Source of the DNA: Treponema sp.
GTDB lineage: Bacteria; Spirochaetota; Spirochaetia; Treponematales; Breznakiellaceae
DNA length: 64,000 nt
Direction of reading: 5' to 3'
Assembly (NCBI GenBank): GCA_031278095.1
Contig: JAITLC010000148.1
Location: 12,602 to 76,601 of the forward strand
Positions within the stretch are counted from its first letter, which is position 1. Each line of letters begins with the position of its first letter. The position numbers and the translations under genes are program-made. Below are positions 14,831-24,384 of the stretch, piece after piece. The notes under the pieces are model-generated. The model was given only the letters and a program-made list of their open reading frames with translations, was not told where the DNA came from and made no database searches.

Positions 14831-16099
14831 ATGGCTAACGAAGTCCAGGGATTTAAAATCCCGCAGGAACAACGGCAGAACTGGTGGAGCATAGCTTCCA
14901 TCTGGCTTGGGAGCATGATCTGTATACCCGCCCTCATGGTTGGCGGGTATCTCGCGCAGGGTTTCTCTATCGGATCGATAGTGCTGGCCTGCTTGCTCGG
15001 ATTCGGCATCATCGCGGCGTATATGTGTTTTCAGGGTATGCAAGCCTGTGATACGGGGCTGCCTACGGTGAGTATGGCGGCGGCTTCGCTTGGCATCGTC
15101 GGTTCGCGCTACCTCATCAGCCTCCTGCTTGGCATTGTTTGTATCGGCTGGTTCGGCGTTCAGGCCGGAGTATGCGGCCTTTCCTTTAGCGCCATGTTTG
15201 CTTCCATGACCGGGATAAATATTCCGGTCTGGATCAGCACCATCGTTTCCGGGGTGCTGATGTTCCTGACCGCCATGTACGGCTACAAAGCGGTCAAATA
15301 CCTCAACTATATAGCCGTGCCCCTGCTCGTCCTGGTTATCGGCTATGTGGTTATCGCCGCCCTCTTTATCAGAGAAGGAATACCCGCCATTGCAGCCTAC
15401 AAACCCGCCCAGCCTATGACCCTTGTGGCGGGAATCAATTTGGCTGTCGCGACTTTTGCGGTAGGAGGCGTTATCTCCGGCGACTATTCCCGGTATGCGA
15501 AAAACCGGGGTGATGTTGTCAAGTCAAGCGTCATTGGTCTCCTTCCTATCGGAATTGGCATGCTTCTGGTCGGCGCGGTAAGCAGCATCGTCGCCGGGGA
15601 GTATGACATTACCAAAGTACTGGCAAACCTGGGACTTCCCGCCATCGGATTGGTCGCCCTTATTCTTGCCGCGTGGACGACAAATACCACCAACGCCTAT
15701 TCAGGCGGCTTGGCCATTTCAAATTTCCTCGGATTTACCGAAAAAAAATTCAAATTAACCACCGGTATCGCCGGGGCTATTGGTACCCTGCTTGCCGCCC
15801 TGGGTATCCTCGACCGGTTCACTACGTTTCTTGGCATAATCACCGCGTTTATTCCGCCCGTTGCCGGCGTTATCATCGCCAATTACTGGATAATCGGTAA
15901 AGGTAAATCTGAAAAATTCAAGCCCTCGGCGGGGATAAATTGGGCGGGAATCATAGCGTTTGCCATCGGTTCGGGAATCGCGTACCTTACGGCCAATGTC
16001 ATACCTTTCTTTGTCGCCCCCATCAACGGCATTGTGATTTCCGTCGTTGCGTATATAATATTGATAAAGATTATTCCCGCCCAGACGATTGAGGAATAA
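14831..16099 (+). CDS. NCS1-family permease (cytosine/purine/uracil/hydantoin-type)
   Basis: About 12 TM segments with a CodB-like organisation. The ATG at 14831 is preceded by GAAAGGAG; the ORF-track start at 14795 lacks an SD. Confidence 0.75.
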   Translation: MANEVQGFKIPQEQRQNWWSIASIWLGSMICIPALMVGGYLAQGFSIGSIVLACLLGFGIIAAYMCFQGMQACDTGLPTVSMAAASLGIVGSRYLISLLLGIVCIGWFGVQAGVCGLSFSAMFASMTGINIPVWISTIVSGVLMFLTAMYGYKAVKYLNYIAVPLLVLVIGYVVIAALFIREGIPAIAAYKPAQPMTLVAGINLAVATFAVGGVISGDYSRYAKNRGDVVKSSVIGLLPIGIGMLLVGAVSSIVAGEYDITKVLANLGLPAIGLVALILAAWTTNTTNAYSGGLAISNFLGFTEKKFKLTTGIAGAIGTLLAALGILDRFTTFLGIITAFIPPVAGVIIANYWIIGKGKSEKFKPSAGINWAGIIAFAIGSGIAYLTANVIPFFVAPINGIVISVVAYIILIKIIPAQTIEE

Positions 16100-16120
16100 C
16101 AAAGGCAAAGGAGGAATGGT

Positions 16121-17212
16121 ATGCGGAAAATAGGCATACACGAACTGGAAGACATCGCCCTGGGCGCTTCCCTTTTGGGATCAGGCGGCGGGGGCGATCC
16201 GTATATCGGCAAACTGATCGCCATGGGTGCGATAAAAGACTGCGGCCCTGTAACACTGTTGGACCCTGATGAAGTGGTGGACGATGCCTTTGTGGTCCCC
16301 ATAGCGTGTATGGGGGCGCCGACGGTGCTTTCCGAAAAAGGCATAGGCGGGAACGAATACGCCGTACTGACGGACATGATTAGCCGGTACTACAACAAAA
16401 AAATTGATGCGCTCATGCCTATTGAGGCGGGAGGCGTCAACTCAATGCTGCCCTTCGCTGCGGCGGCGCGGCTGGGAATACCGCTTGTGGACGTAGACGG
16501 CATGGGCCGGGCCTTCCCCGAATTGCAGATGGTGACGTTTACGATTGCCGGAGTGAATGCCACGCCGATGGCGCTCACCGATGAAAAAGGCAACAGCGCC
16601 ATCTTTAAAACCATCACCAACAAATGGACGGAAGAACTGGCCCGCGCCGTTACCATGAGCTGCGGCGGAGCGGTTTCGGTCATTCTATTCTGCGTTGACG
16701 GCAAGACAATGAAGAATTACGGCGTCAAGCAAATCGTCAGCCGCAGCGAAAAGCTGGGCAGGGCCATACGGGAGGCAAAACATGGCCCGCTTTCCCCGGA
16801 GGAAAATTTTCTTTCCGCCTGCGAAGGTTACAAAATATTCCGGGGCAAGATTACCGACATTCTGCGGGAAGTGCGGGGAGCGTTCAACTTCGGCAAGGCG
16901 ATTTTTGAAGGCTCCGGGGAATACAAGGGTGAAAGTGCCTTTGTGGAATTTCAGAACGAAAACCTTGTTGTGTCGGTGGAAGGCGAAATTCGTGCCACCA
17001 CGCCGGACCTTATCTGCCTGGTGGATACCGAAACCTTTATCCCGCTACCAACGGACGCGCTTAAATACGGAAAGCGTGTTCTTGTCGTGGGGCTTAAATG
17101 TTACCAGGCCTGGCGTTCCCCGAAAGGGATTGAGATTGTCGGCCCCCGTTATTTTGGCTACGACACGGATTACATTCCGGTTGAACAGCGTGTAAAAGGA
17201 GATGTTTTATGA
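16121..17212 (+). CDS. DUF917-family protein
   Basis: 363 aa with the N-terminal GSGGGGDPYIG signature of DUF917. AAAGGAGG precedes the ATG. This family is characteristically paired with hydantoinase-A-like genes. Confidence 0.75.
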   Translation: MRKIGIHELEDIALGASLLGSGGGGDPYIGKLIAMGAIKDCGPVTLLDPDEVVDDAFVVPIACMGAPTVLSEKGIGGNEYAVLTDMISRYYNKKIDALMPIEAGGVNSMLPFAAAARLGIPLVDVDGMGRAFPELQMVTFTIAGVNATPMALTDEKGNSAIFKTITNKWTEELARAVTMSCGGAVSVILFCVDGKTMKNYGVKQIVSRSEKLGRAIREAKHGPLSPEENFLSACEGYKIFRGKITDILREVRGAFNFGKAIFEGSGEYKGESAFVEFQNENLVVSVEGEIRATTPDLICLVDTETFIPLPTDALKYGKRVLVVGLKCYQAWRSPKGIEIVGPRYFGYDTDYIPVEQRVKGDVL

Positions 17213-18768
17213 GCGGAAAATCGTACCGGCTCGGTGTTGATGTAGGCGGCACCAATACCGACGCGGTTGTCATCGATGAAAATCTGGCGGTTGTTGCCAG
17301 CGTGAAAGTCCCCACCAGCGCGGATGTTCAAAGCGGAATTCAAAACGCCATAAAAGCCGTTTTGGATGGTTCAGGTATTGAGCGGGGGCGCATAAAAAAG
17401 GCCATGCTGGGAACAACCCAATGTACCAACTCCATCGTTGAACGTAAGCGGCTTGCGAAAATCGGCGTTTTGCGTATCGGGGCTCCCGCTACAACAGGAA
17501 TTAAGCCGATGGTCGATTGGGCGGAGGATCTCGCCGTGGCCGCTGAAACCGCTATAATCCGCGGCGGCTACGAGTTTGACGGAAAACCTCTGGCCGAGTT
17601 TGACAAGGATGCCGCGCGGGTTTTTTTTGAAAATTGCAGGGCGAAAACCGTTAAGTCTGTTGCCATAAGCCAGCTTTTTTCCGTTGTCCGTGACGAAGAC
17701 GAAGCGGAGGCGGCGCGTATCTGCCATGAAGTGATGGGGAACGATGTATATATTTCCCATTCATCGAAAATAGGCAGCATGGGGTTGATTGAGCGGGAAA
17801 ACGCTACGATACTGAACGCCGCGCTTTTCGAGGTCGCCCGTGCTTTTACGGAAGGCTTTGTAGCGAGCCTCCGCGAACAGGGCGTAACCGAAGCGGACAT
17901 TTATTTTTCTCAGAATGACGGTACGCTGATGAACATGGAAACCGCCCGCCGCTATCCGATTTTGACGATAGCCTGCGGCCCCACCAACAGCATACGGGGC
18001 GGAGGCTTCCTCTCCGGCCTTTCCAACGCCGTAGTCATCGACATAGGCGGTACCACCACGGACTTTGGCATTTTGCAAAACGGTTTCCCCCGCGAATCGG
18101 GTGTGGCAGTTACGATAGGCGGAGTTCGCACCAACTTCCGCATGCCCGATGTCATTTCCATAGGACTTGGCGGCGGTAGCATTGTACGTGAGAAAGACGG
18201 CAAGGTTACCGTCGGGCCCGACAGCGTAGGCTACGAAATCACTGAAAAAGCTTTGGTCTTTGGCGGCGATACTCTGACCGCCACCGACATTGCCGTGCGC
18301 AACGGCCTTGCCAGTGTGGGGGACGTTTCAAAAGTCGCTCACATCGACAAAGACCTTGCCGTGAAAGCCCAGCGGCGGATTGTGGAAATGATCGAGGAAA
18401 ACCTCGATTCGATTAAAACCTCCGGCGAGGACATCGACGTGATTTTGGTAGGCGGCGGTTCAATCCTGCTGCCGGAAAAAATCAGCGGGGTGAAAAAACT
18501 CTACAAGCCGGACAATTTTGCCGTAGCGAACGCTATTGGTTCCGCCATATCAAAAGTGAGCGGCGTGTACGAAAAACTTGTTTCGTTCAATGACGTGCCC
18601 CGTGAAAAAGCCATTGAGGAAGGCAAAGCCGAGGCGATTAAACTGGCGATAAAAGCCGGCGCGAAGCCGGAAACGGTGGAAATCGTCGATGTGGAGGATG
18701 TGCCGCTTCAATACCAGCCGAACAACACCAACCGCGTCAAGGTGAAGGCGGCGGGGGAACTGGCGTAA
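17209..18768 (+). CDS. Hydantoinase/oxoprolinase A-family protein (HyuA-like, no HyuB partner)
   Basis: 519 aa with the ASKHA-type phosphate loop VDVGGTNTDAVV and a second GGTTTD motif. Its start overlaps the DUF917 stop (ATGA). Confidence 0.8.
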   Translation: MSGKSYRLGVDVGGTNTDAVVIDENLAVVASVKVPTSADVQSGIQNAIKAVLDGSGIERGRIKKAMLGTTQCTNSIVERKRLAKIGVLRIGAPATTGIKPMVDWAEDLAVAAETAIIRGGYEFDGKPLAEFDKDAARVFFENCRAKTVKSVAISQLFSVVRDEDEAEAARICHEVMGNDVYISHSSKIGSMGLIERENATILNAALFEVARAFTEGFVASLREQGVTEADIYFSQNDGTLMNMETARRYPILTIACGPTNSIRGGGFLSGLSNAVVIDIGGTTTDFGILQNGFPRESGVAVTIGGVRTNFRMPDVISIGLGGGSIVREKDGKVTVGPDSVGYEITEKALVFGGDTLTATDIAVRNGLASVGDVSKVAHIDKDLAVKAQRRIVEMIEENLDSIKTSGEDIDVILVGGGSILLPEKISGVKKLYKPDNFAVANAIGSAISKVSGVYEKLVSFNDVPREKAIEEGKAEAIKLAIKAGAKPETVEIVDVEDVPLQYQPNNTNRVKVKAAGELA

Positions 18769-18778
18769 GGCTAAAAAC

Positions 18779-18815
18779 GCTTTATGGGACGGTTGCATAA
18801 ACCGTTCCATAAAGC
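18779..18815 (+). promoter_or_regulatory. Intercistronic 16-bp stem-loop
   Basis: GCTTTATGGGACGGTT (18779-18794), loop GCATA, AACCGTTCCATAAAGC (18800-18815), with one G-U pair. It lies between the hyuA-like stop (18768) and the epimerase ATG (18829). There is no clear U-tract. Confidence 0.5.
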
Positions 18816-18828
18816 ATACTTTACGAAC

Positions 18829-19905
18829 ATGAAAATTATATCAATTGAAACAAAGAAAATAAAACTTGAACTCTATAAAGAGTTAAAGATAGCGTATGCC
18901 GTCCTGAAAAATGTTGAAAATGTTCTGGTAAAAATAACCACCGATGAAGGCATTGCGGGGTACGGTGAAGCCGCCCCCTTTGCTCCCGTTACCGGAGAAA
19001 CGGCAGATACGGTTACAACGGTTATAGAGTTATTAAAACCCGCCCTTTTGGGCGGCAACCCCCTTGAGATAGGCGCGATTCATTCTTTAATGGATCGCGT
19101 CGTCTTTGGCAATACATCCGCCAAATGCGCGATTGACACCGCCTGTTACGATATTTCCGGCAAAGCCGCCCAAAAGCCGGTGTATCAATTACTGGGCGGT
19201 ATAGACAACACTGTCCAAAATGATATGACAATCGGCATTTCCACCCCGGAAAAAATGGCGGAGGAAGCCGTTTTTTTAACAAAAGAAAAAGGCTGTCGTA
19301 TCATAAAAGTAAAAGCGGGTATAAATCCTGATTTTGATATAAAGGCATTGCGTTTGATACGAAAAGCCGTAGGCGGCGCTATCCGTATTCGCGTAGACGC
19401 CAATCAGGGGTACACTTTAAATTCCGCGCTGGAAACAATAAAGAAAATGCCGGCGTTACATATTGACGCCGTTGAACAATGCCTGCCATACTGGGATATT
19501 GAATCGCATTCTATACTCCGTGAAAACTCAAACGGCGTTGCAATAATGCTTGATGAATCAATACATACTATTCACGATGCCGAAAGAGCCTGTAAAGCCC
19601 ATGCTGCCGATATGTTCAATATAAAATTAATGAAAAGCGGCGGCATATACCAGGGCTTAAAAATAAACAAAATTGCCGAAAGTCATAACGTAAAATGTAT
19701 GATAGGCTGTATGCTTGAAACCCGCCTTGCCCTTACCGCCGCCCTCAGTCTTGCTGCCGCCGGCAGTAATATTACCGATGTTGATTGTGATAGTTTTCTC
19801 TTTTATGACGATGACAAAACAGGTATTACAGGCGGCTTTACTGTTTCCGCTGATACTTTTACGCTTGCCGATAATCCCGGTTTGGGTATAGACTTTGAAT
19901 TTTAA
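18829..19905 (+). CDS. Dipeptide epimerase (enolase superfamily, L-Ala-D/L-Glu epimerase-like)
   Basis: MLE-subgroup signature residues are present: IIKVKAG (KxK), RVDANQGY, VEQC, LDES and NIKLMKSGG. I prefer the ATG at 18829 (MKIISIETKK...), because the ORF-track N-terminus overlaps the hairpin. The gene is visibly more A/T-rich than its neighbours. Confidence 0.8.
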   Translation: MKIISIETKKIKLELYKELKIAYAVLKNVENVLVKITTDEGIAGYGEAAPFAPVTGETADTVTTVIELLKPALLGGNPLEIGAIHSLMDRVVFGNTSAKCAIDTACYDISGKAAQKPVYQLLGGIDNTVQNDMTIGISTPEKMAEEAVFLTKEKGCRIIKVKAGINPDFDIKALRLIRKAVGGAIRIRVDANQGYTLNSALETIKKMPALHIDAVEQCLPYWDIESHSILRENSNGVAIMLDESIHTIHDAERACKAHAADMFNIKLMKSGGIYQGLKINKIAESHNVKCMIGCMLETRLALTAALSLAAAGSNITDVDCDSFLFYDDDKTGITGGFTVSADTFTLADNPGLGIDFEF

Positions 19906-20233
19906 TTTTTTCTCAAGACCTTTAAGCCAATATTACCTATTCGTTTTCTATCGGCAACGGTACACATAAGTGTACAACGTTGCTCCGTATCCCCTTCCTC
20001 TGCAGGGGATAGCCCGAAGCTACACCCCTAAAGTCAATAGGGAACAACGAAGTATTCTTTCCTCGTGATAGTGGTATAGGCGGATCTCATTTCATGGACT
20101 GCCGGATCTTTTTAACCGGAATGTACATCAGAAACCTCAGTTTCTGAACAACTCTATTCCCGGCCTCAGCAGCTTGCCATTTGCCACTATAATATGGATT
20201 TTAGCGGCAAATTTAAGGGCATTTTTCCGCATC

Positions 20234-20357
20234 CAGGGAAACGCTGATTAAATGACGCCAACCAGCGTTTCCCTGTGTATTTGCTCATTTCATTACGCAC
20301 ATACCGCATTAAAGTAACACTGATTTATTCCCGATTGAATAAATCAGTGCTTCCCTG
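20234..20357 (+). repeat. Intergenic repeat element, copy B
   Basis: CAGGGAAACGCTGATTAAATGACGCCAACCAGCGTTTCC differs by 1 nt from copy A. It is followed by CCGCATTAAAG and TTCCCGATTGAATA; here the last box sits in the loop of a second hairpin (CACTGATTTAT / ATAAATCAGTG). The element ends 8 nt before the TraX ORF. Confidence 0.7.
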
Positions 20358-20364
20358 GTGATAA

Positions 20365-21258
20365 ATGTTAAATTGCTGTCCAGCCCTTGTCTTTTTGTTG
20401 TCATTTTGTTATAATGAAAGTAGTTTGAAAGAAAACAGCTTGGAAAATACGGAAACACGGCCTCTGCCGGCTAAAAATCATAAGTGGCATATTCTCAGCG
20501 GCAACGGTATTAAGATTATCGGGGTGATCCTGATGGCTATGGACCATCTCCACCAGATGTTCACTGCCCAGGGGGCTCCGGCCTGGCTTAGCTGGTTCGG
20601 CAGGCCCGTGGCTGTGATGTTTGTATTCCTCTGCGCCGAAGGTTTTCACTATACCCGGAATAAAAAACGGTATATGCTGCAACTGCTCATCGGGTTTCTG
20701 TTCATGTCGGTGATGAACAGGTTGTTGACCGTTCTGATACCCCTTGAAGACATAATGCTGATCAATAACATCTTCAGCGCCCTGCTAATGGCGGTCTTTT
20801 ATATGGCGATGATCGATTTACTCCGCCGGGGGCTGAGGGAAAAGAAGGCGGGGACTGTGGCGCTTGCTGCCGGGGGAATGCTCCTGCCTCTGCTGGCGGG
20901 CCTGGCTTTTGTTGCCGCCCTGATGACCGGAAATTTAACCGCCGTCGAGATTCTGACATTCGTTCCCAATCCCATAACTGCGGAAGGCGGACTGTTCATG
21001 GTCGGTATGGGAATCCTTTTTTATGTGCTGAGGAAACACCGTTTGGCCCAGATTGGGGCGGTGTTGATCGTGAGCATCTTCTCCTGGTACACCGGAAAAG
21101 ACCCGGCGGCGGGGAATTATCAATGGCTCATGGTGTTTGCGGTAATTCCCATGTTCCTGTACAACGGAACGCGCGGCCGGGGAAGTAAGTACTTTTTCTA
21201 CGTTTTTTATCCCGCCCATATATACCTTTTCTATATCGTTGCGCGGCTTATCCGCTGA
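20365..21258 (+). CDS. TraX-family membrane protein
   Basis: Polytopic membrane protein with the TraX-like N-terminal motif LSGNGIKIIGVILMAMDHL. The true start is uncertain; the first ~30 aa of the ORF may not be translated. Confidence 0.7.
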   Translation: MLNCCPALVFLLSFCYNESSLKENSLENTETRPLPAKNHKWHILSGNGIKIIGVILMAMDHLHQMFTAQGAPAWLSWFGRPVAVMFVFLCAEGFHYTRNKKRYMLQLLIGFLFMSVMNRLLTVLIPLEDIMLINNIFSALLMAVFYMAMIDLLRRGLREKKAGTVALAAGGMLLPLLAGLAFVAALMTGNLTAVEILTFVPNPITAEGGLFMVGMGILFYVLRKHRLAQIGAVLIVSIFSWYTGKDPAAGNYQWLMVFAVIPMFLYNGTRGRGSKYFFYVFYPAHIYLFYIVARLIR

Positions 21259-21439
21259 GGCTCTGCGTCTGAAACGGAACATCCCCGGAGCTTGCTCCGA
21301 AACCAACCGGGTTTTGGAACATTGATACACACTTCCCGCCTGTCAAGAGAAAACACCCGTTGCCGATACTGTGTGATTTTTCATATATCTCTTAGAAAGT
21401 GACTTCCTCTTTCTCTATAAATCTGTTATACTGAATTTA

Positions 21440-23305
21440 ATGAAAAAAGGAATGTTGCTACCCTTAAAAACTGAATCGGCCATGAAACGAAGTTTCATAC
21501 TGGCAGCGGGGATTGTCTCCGTAATCTTCTTCGCATGCTCAAAAGAAGAAGAATACTCGGCGGAAGAATTTGAGGCTCTGGGCTCCCGGGGGATACACGA
21601 AATTCTGGAAAAGACGGTGAGCAAGCCCTGGCGGGGGGAAGAGTTCGTTCCCGGTACGGTGAAGGGAACATGGAATTCGGTGGCGCGGGCCGACCCGAAG
21701 AGTTTCAATCTGCTGATTGCCGAAAAGGATACTCCTACCGCCACCGTAACGGGCGCCATGACCGACTATTTTATTGATTACGATACCGAAAAACGGGAAT
21801 GGAAGGCCCGTGCGGCGTTCTTTGAAGTGATTGCCGATGAGGAAAACGATACGCTCAAGGTTATCTATACTCTTCGGGACAATCTCTACTGGAGCTACTA
21901 TAATTCAAGCCGGAAGATCCCGGTTACAAGCGATGACGTGATCTTCTGGTACAATGAAATTTCAGGCGATCCGGAGTGTCAGAGTTCCGCTTACTATCAG
22001 CAGTTCCTTGTCATGAGCGACGGCAGCGAAGCTCATGTTGACATCGAAAAGATCAGCGACAAGAAATTCTCTTTCAATTTCCCGCGCATTGTAGCGGAAC
22101 CTTTGCTTACCACGAATATGGACTTTGGTCCGGCCCACATCTACAAGAAAGCCAAGGATGAAGGCGGTGTACAGGCAGTTCTTGATCTTCACAGTGTTGC
22201 CGTTGATCCGAAAACAATTCCCTCCATGGGCGAGTGGTTTCTTACCGAATACATTCCCGGCCAGCGTCTGGTGTACAAACGGAATCCCGATTACTGGAAT
22301 GTTGATACGGCCGGAACTTCAATCCCCTATGTCGAAGAGTATATCGTTCAGATAATTCCCGATGAAAATACGCAAAAGCTTATCTTTATGGAAGGGAGAA
22401 CCGAATCCTACTTCCTGCGGCCCGAAGATCTTGACGAAATGGTCAACAGGCAGGAAGCCGGTTCTTATACGGTTTTCAATGCGGAAGGAAGTCTGGGCGC
22501 CTCATACTGGACTTTCAACCAGAATCCCGTTCACTCAGGCAGTCCTAAATACAACTGGTTTACAAAAAAAGAATTCCGTCAGGCGATGAGCTGTCTTCTC
22601 AACCGGGAGCGGATCATAAGCCAGGTGTACCGGGGTCTTGCCGAACCAAAGCTTGATTTTTTCCCGGAACCGAATCCTTTCTACAATCCCGAAATAAAAC
22701 TCAAGTATATCTATGATCAGAAAAAGGCCCTTGCGCTTCTTGAGTCCGCAGGTTTCAAGCGGGATTCAGAGGGCGTTTTGCGGGACGATGCGGGTAACGC
22801 AGTTGAGTTTGATCTTACCATACGTTCCGAAAGTACGATAATGTCCGATATTGCTTCTATTATAATGGATGAACTTGACGGTCAGGGGATCAGGGTAAAT
22901 ATCCGGGTGCTGGATTTCCAGAAACTGGTTGAACAGCTCTTCAGTACTTTTGAATGGGACTCCATGCTGATGGGGCTCTCCGGTTCAAACATCTTTCCGT
23001 CCCAGGGCAGCAATGTCTGGCCTTCTTCGGGGAATCTGCACATGTGGTATCCCAATCAGAAAAAGCCCGCCACTGCCTGGGAAGCGCGGATTGATTATCT
23101 TTATAACGAAGGTTCCTATACTATCGACGAAGAAAAAGCCCGTACAATATGGAACGAGTATCAGGAGATCATTCTGGAAGAGATGCCGGTTATTTCTCTT
23201 CTCCGTTCAAGGAACTTCTGGGCCTTGCGGAACCGCTGGGACTTTACCAATGTGTATTTTGACAATATCAACAGTGCAGAAACGAGCCACATCTTTTTGA
23301 AATGA
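21440..23305 (+). CDS. ABC transporter substrate-binding lipoprotein, family 5 (peptide/nickel, OppA/YejA-like)
   Basis: About 620 aa with a lipobox (VIFFACS) and family-5 SBP length and organisation. An alternative start at 21482 (MKRSFILAAG...) gives a cleaner signal peptide. Confidence 0.8.
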   Translation: MKKGMLLPLKTESAMKRSFILAAGIVSVIFFACSKEEEYSAEEFEALGSRGIHEILEKTVSKPWRGEEFVPGTVKGTWNSVARADPKSFNLLIAEKDTPTATVTGAMTDYFIDYDTEKREWKARAAFFEVIADEENDTLKVIYTLRDNLYWSYYNSSRKIPVTSDDVIFWYNEISGDPECQSSAYYQQFLVMSDGSEAHVDIEKISDKKFSFNFPRIVAEPLLTTNMDFGPAHIYKKAKDEGGVQAVLDLHSVAVDPKTIPSMGEWFLTEYIPGQRLVYKRNPDYWNVDTAGTSIPYVEEYIVQIIPDENTQKLIFMEGRTESYFLRPEDLDEMVNRQEAGSYTVFNAEGSLGASYWTFNQNPVHSGSPKYNWFTKKEFRQAMSCLLNRERIISQVYRGLAEPKLDFFPEPNPFYNPEIKLKYIYDQKKALALLESAGFKRDSEGVLRDDAGNAVEFDLTIRSESTIMSDIASIIMDELDGQGIRVNIRVLDFQKLVEQLFSTFEWDSMLMGLSGSNIFPSQGSNVWPSSGNLHMWYPNQKKPATAWEARIDYLYNEGSYTIDEEKARTIWNEYQEIILEEMPVISLLRSRNFWALRNRWDFTNVYFDNINSAETSHIFLK

Positions 23306-24384
23306 AAAACCCGGCGGAGGCAATAGCCTTAATCTTTTCTCCGTTTCACAAATTCAAACGCAGGGCGCCTCTTTTGGCCTATGTCACCGGGCGTTTCTGT
23401 ATCATGCTGGTGATGCTTTTCCTTCTGGGCTTTGCGGTCTTCGGCCTCATGGAACTTGCTCCGGGCGACATTGTGGATCAGATCATGATGCAGCAGCTCT
23501 TCGATGAAAGTCAGGGAAGGGCCGGGGTAAACCGGGAAGCGATGAACATGGATCAGCTTGCCGCCCAGCGTGCATATCTGGGTCTCGATCAGCCTTTCTA
23601 CATTCAATACTTCAAATGGCTTGAGCGTCTTGTCATTCATCATGATCTTGGAGTAAGCCTGATCAGCCGTGCGCCTGTTTCTTTCCTGATTGCAAGCCGG
23701 CTTCCCAATTCTCTGCTGCTCAATATCATTTCCTTGCTGCTCATTACGTTCTTTTCTTTTTTATTGGGAGTTTATTTTTCCACCAAGGCCGGAACTAGGG
23801 CCGATCTTGCGGTAACGTTTTTTGCGCTTGTACTTCACGCGTTCCCCGGTATTCTTCTGCTGATTCTGCTCCAGCTTTTTGCAAGTCTTACCGGTCTCTT
23901 CCCGGTTACCGCGTATCCCGATTTTTCTTTTTCCGAAGCACCGGGGCGTTTTGTATTTTCCTATGCGCACCACATTTTTCTTCCACTGCTTGCCGCATTC
24001 CTGGGAGGAATCGGCGGAACCCTGAGGATGATCCGGGCTACCATGCTTGATCAGTTGGGGCAACCGTACATTACAAGCCTGCGGAGCCGGGGCATTGCCG
24101 AATGGCGGATCTACTTTAACCATGCGTTCCGCAACATCTTGAATCCCTACATCACCGGAAGTGCAAATCTTCTTGCAGGTTTGTTTTCAGGTTCACTGAT
24201 CCTCGAAATAATCTTTGCGTATCCGGGAATCGGAAGGCTCATGTATGAAGCCGTACTGCAGGAAGACATCAACCTCGTGCTTACCAATATCATGTTCATT
24301 TCATTCCTCGTTCTGGTGGGAATGGTTCTTGCGGACATTCTGCTTGCGCTGGTTGATCCGCGGATCAGATACGGGAAAGGATGA
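23302..24384 (+). CDS. Peptide ABC transporter permease (OppB/DppB/YejB-like)
   Basis: 360 aa with 6 TM segments and a long first periplasmic loop, as in DppB/YejB. Its start overlaps the upstream stop. Confidence 0.8.
   Translation: MKNPAEAIALIFSPFHKFKRRAPLLAYVTGRFCIMLVMLFLLGFAVFGLMELAPGDIVDQIMMQQLFDESQGRAGVNREAMNMDQLAAQRAYLGLDQPFYIQYFKWLERLVIHHDLGVSLISRAPVSFLIASRLPNSLLLNIISLLLITFFSFLLGVYFSTKAGTRADLAVTFFALVLHAFPGILLLILLQLFASLTGLFPVTAYPDFSFSEAPGRFVFSYAHHIFLPLLAAFLGGIGGTLRMIRATMLDQLGQPYITSLRSRGIAEWRIYFNHAFRNILNPYITGSANLLAGLFSGSLILEIIFAYPGIGRLMYEAVLQEDINLVLTNIMFISFLVLVGMVLADILLALVDPRIRYGKG

Noticed and set aside
19975-20030. Hairpins (GTACACATAAGTGTAC and ATCCCC...GGGGAT) that superficially recall a CRISPR repeat or a group II intron domain V.
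   Set aside because: Each occurs only once, with no repeat-spacer periodicity. The helix does not fit the 34-nt domain V consensus, and no intron ORF or other intron domains are nearby.
200-20357. The idea that the two direct copies of the repeat element are att sites bounding a 20-kb genomic island.
   Set aside because: I saw no integrase, excisionase, tRNA or transposase. The enclosed region includes ordinary envelope genes with unremarkable composition. The copies share conserved blocks with variable spacers rather than an exact duplicated core.
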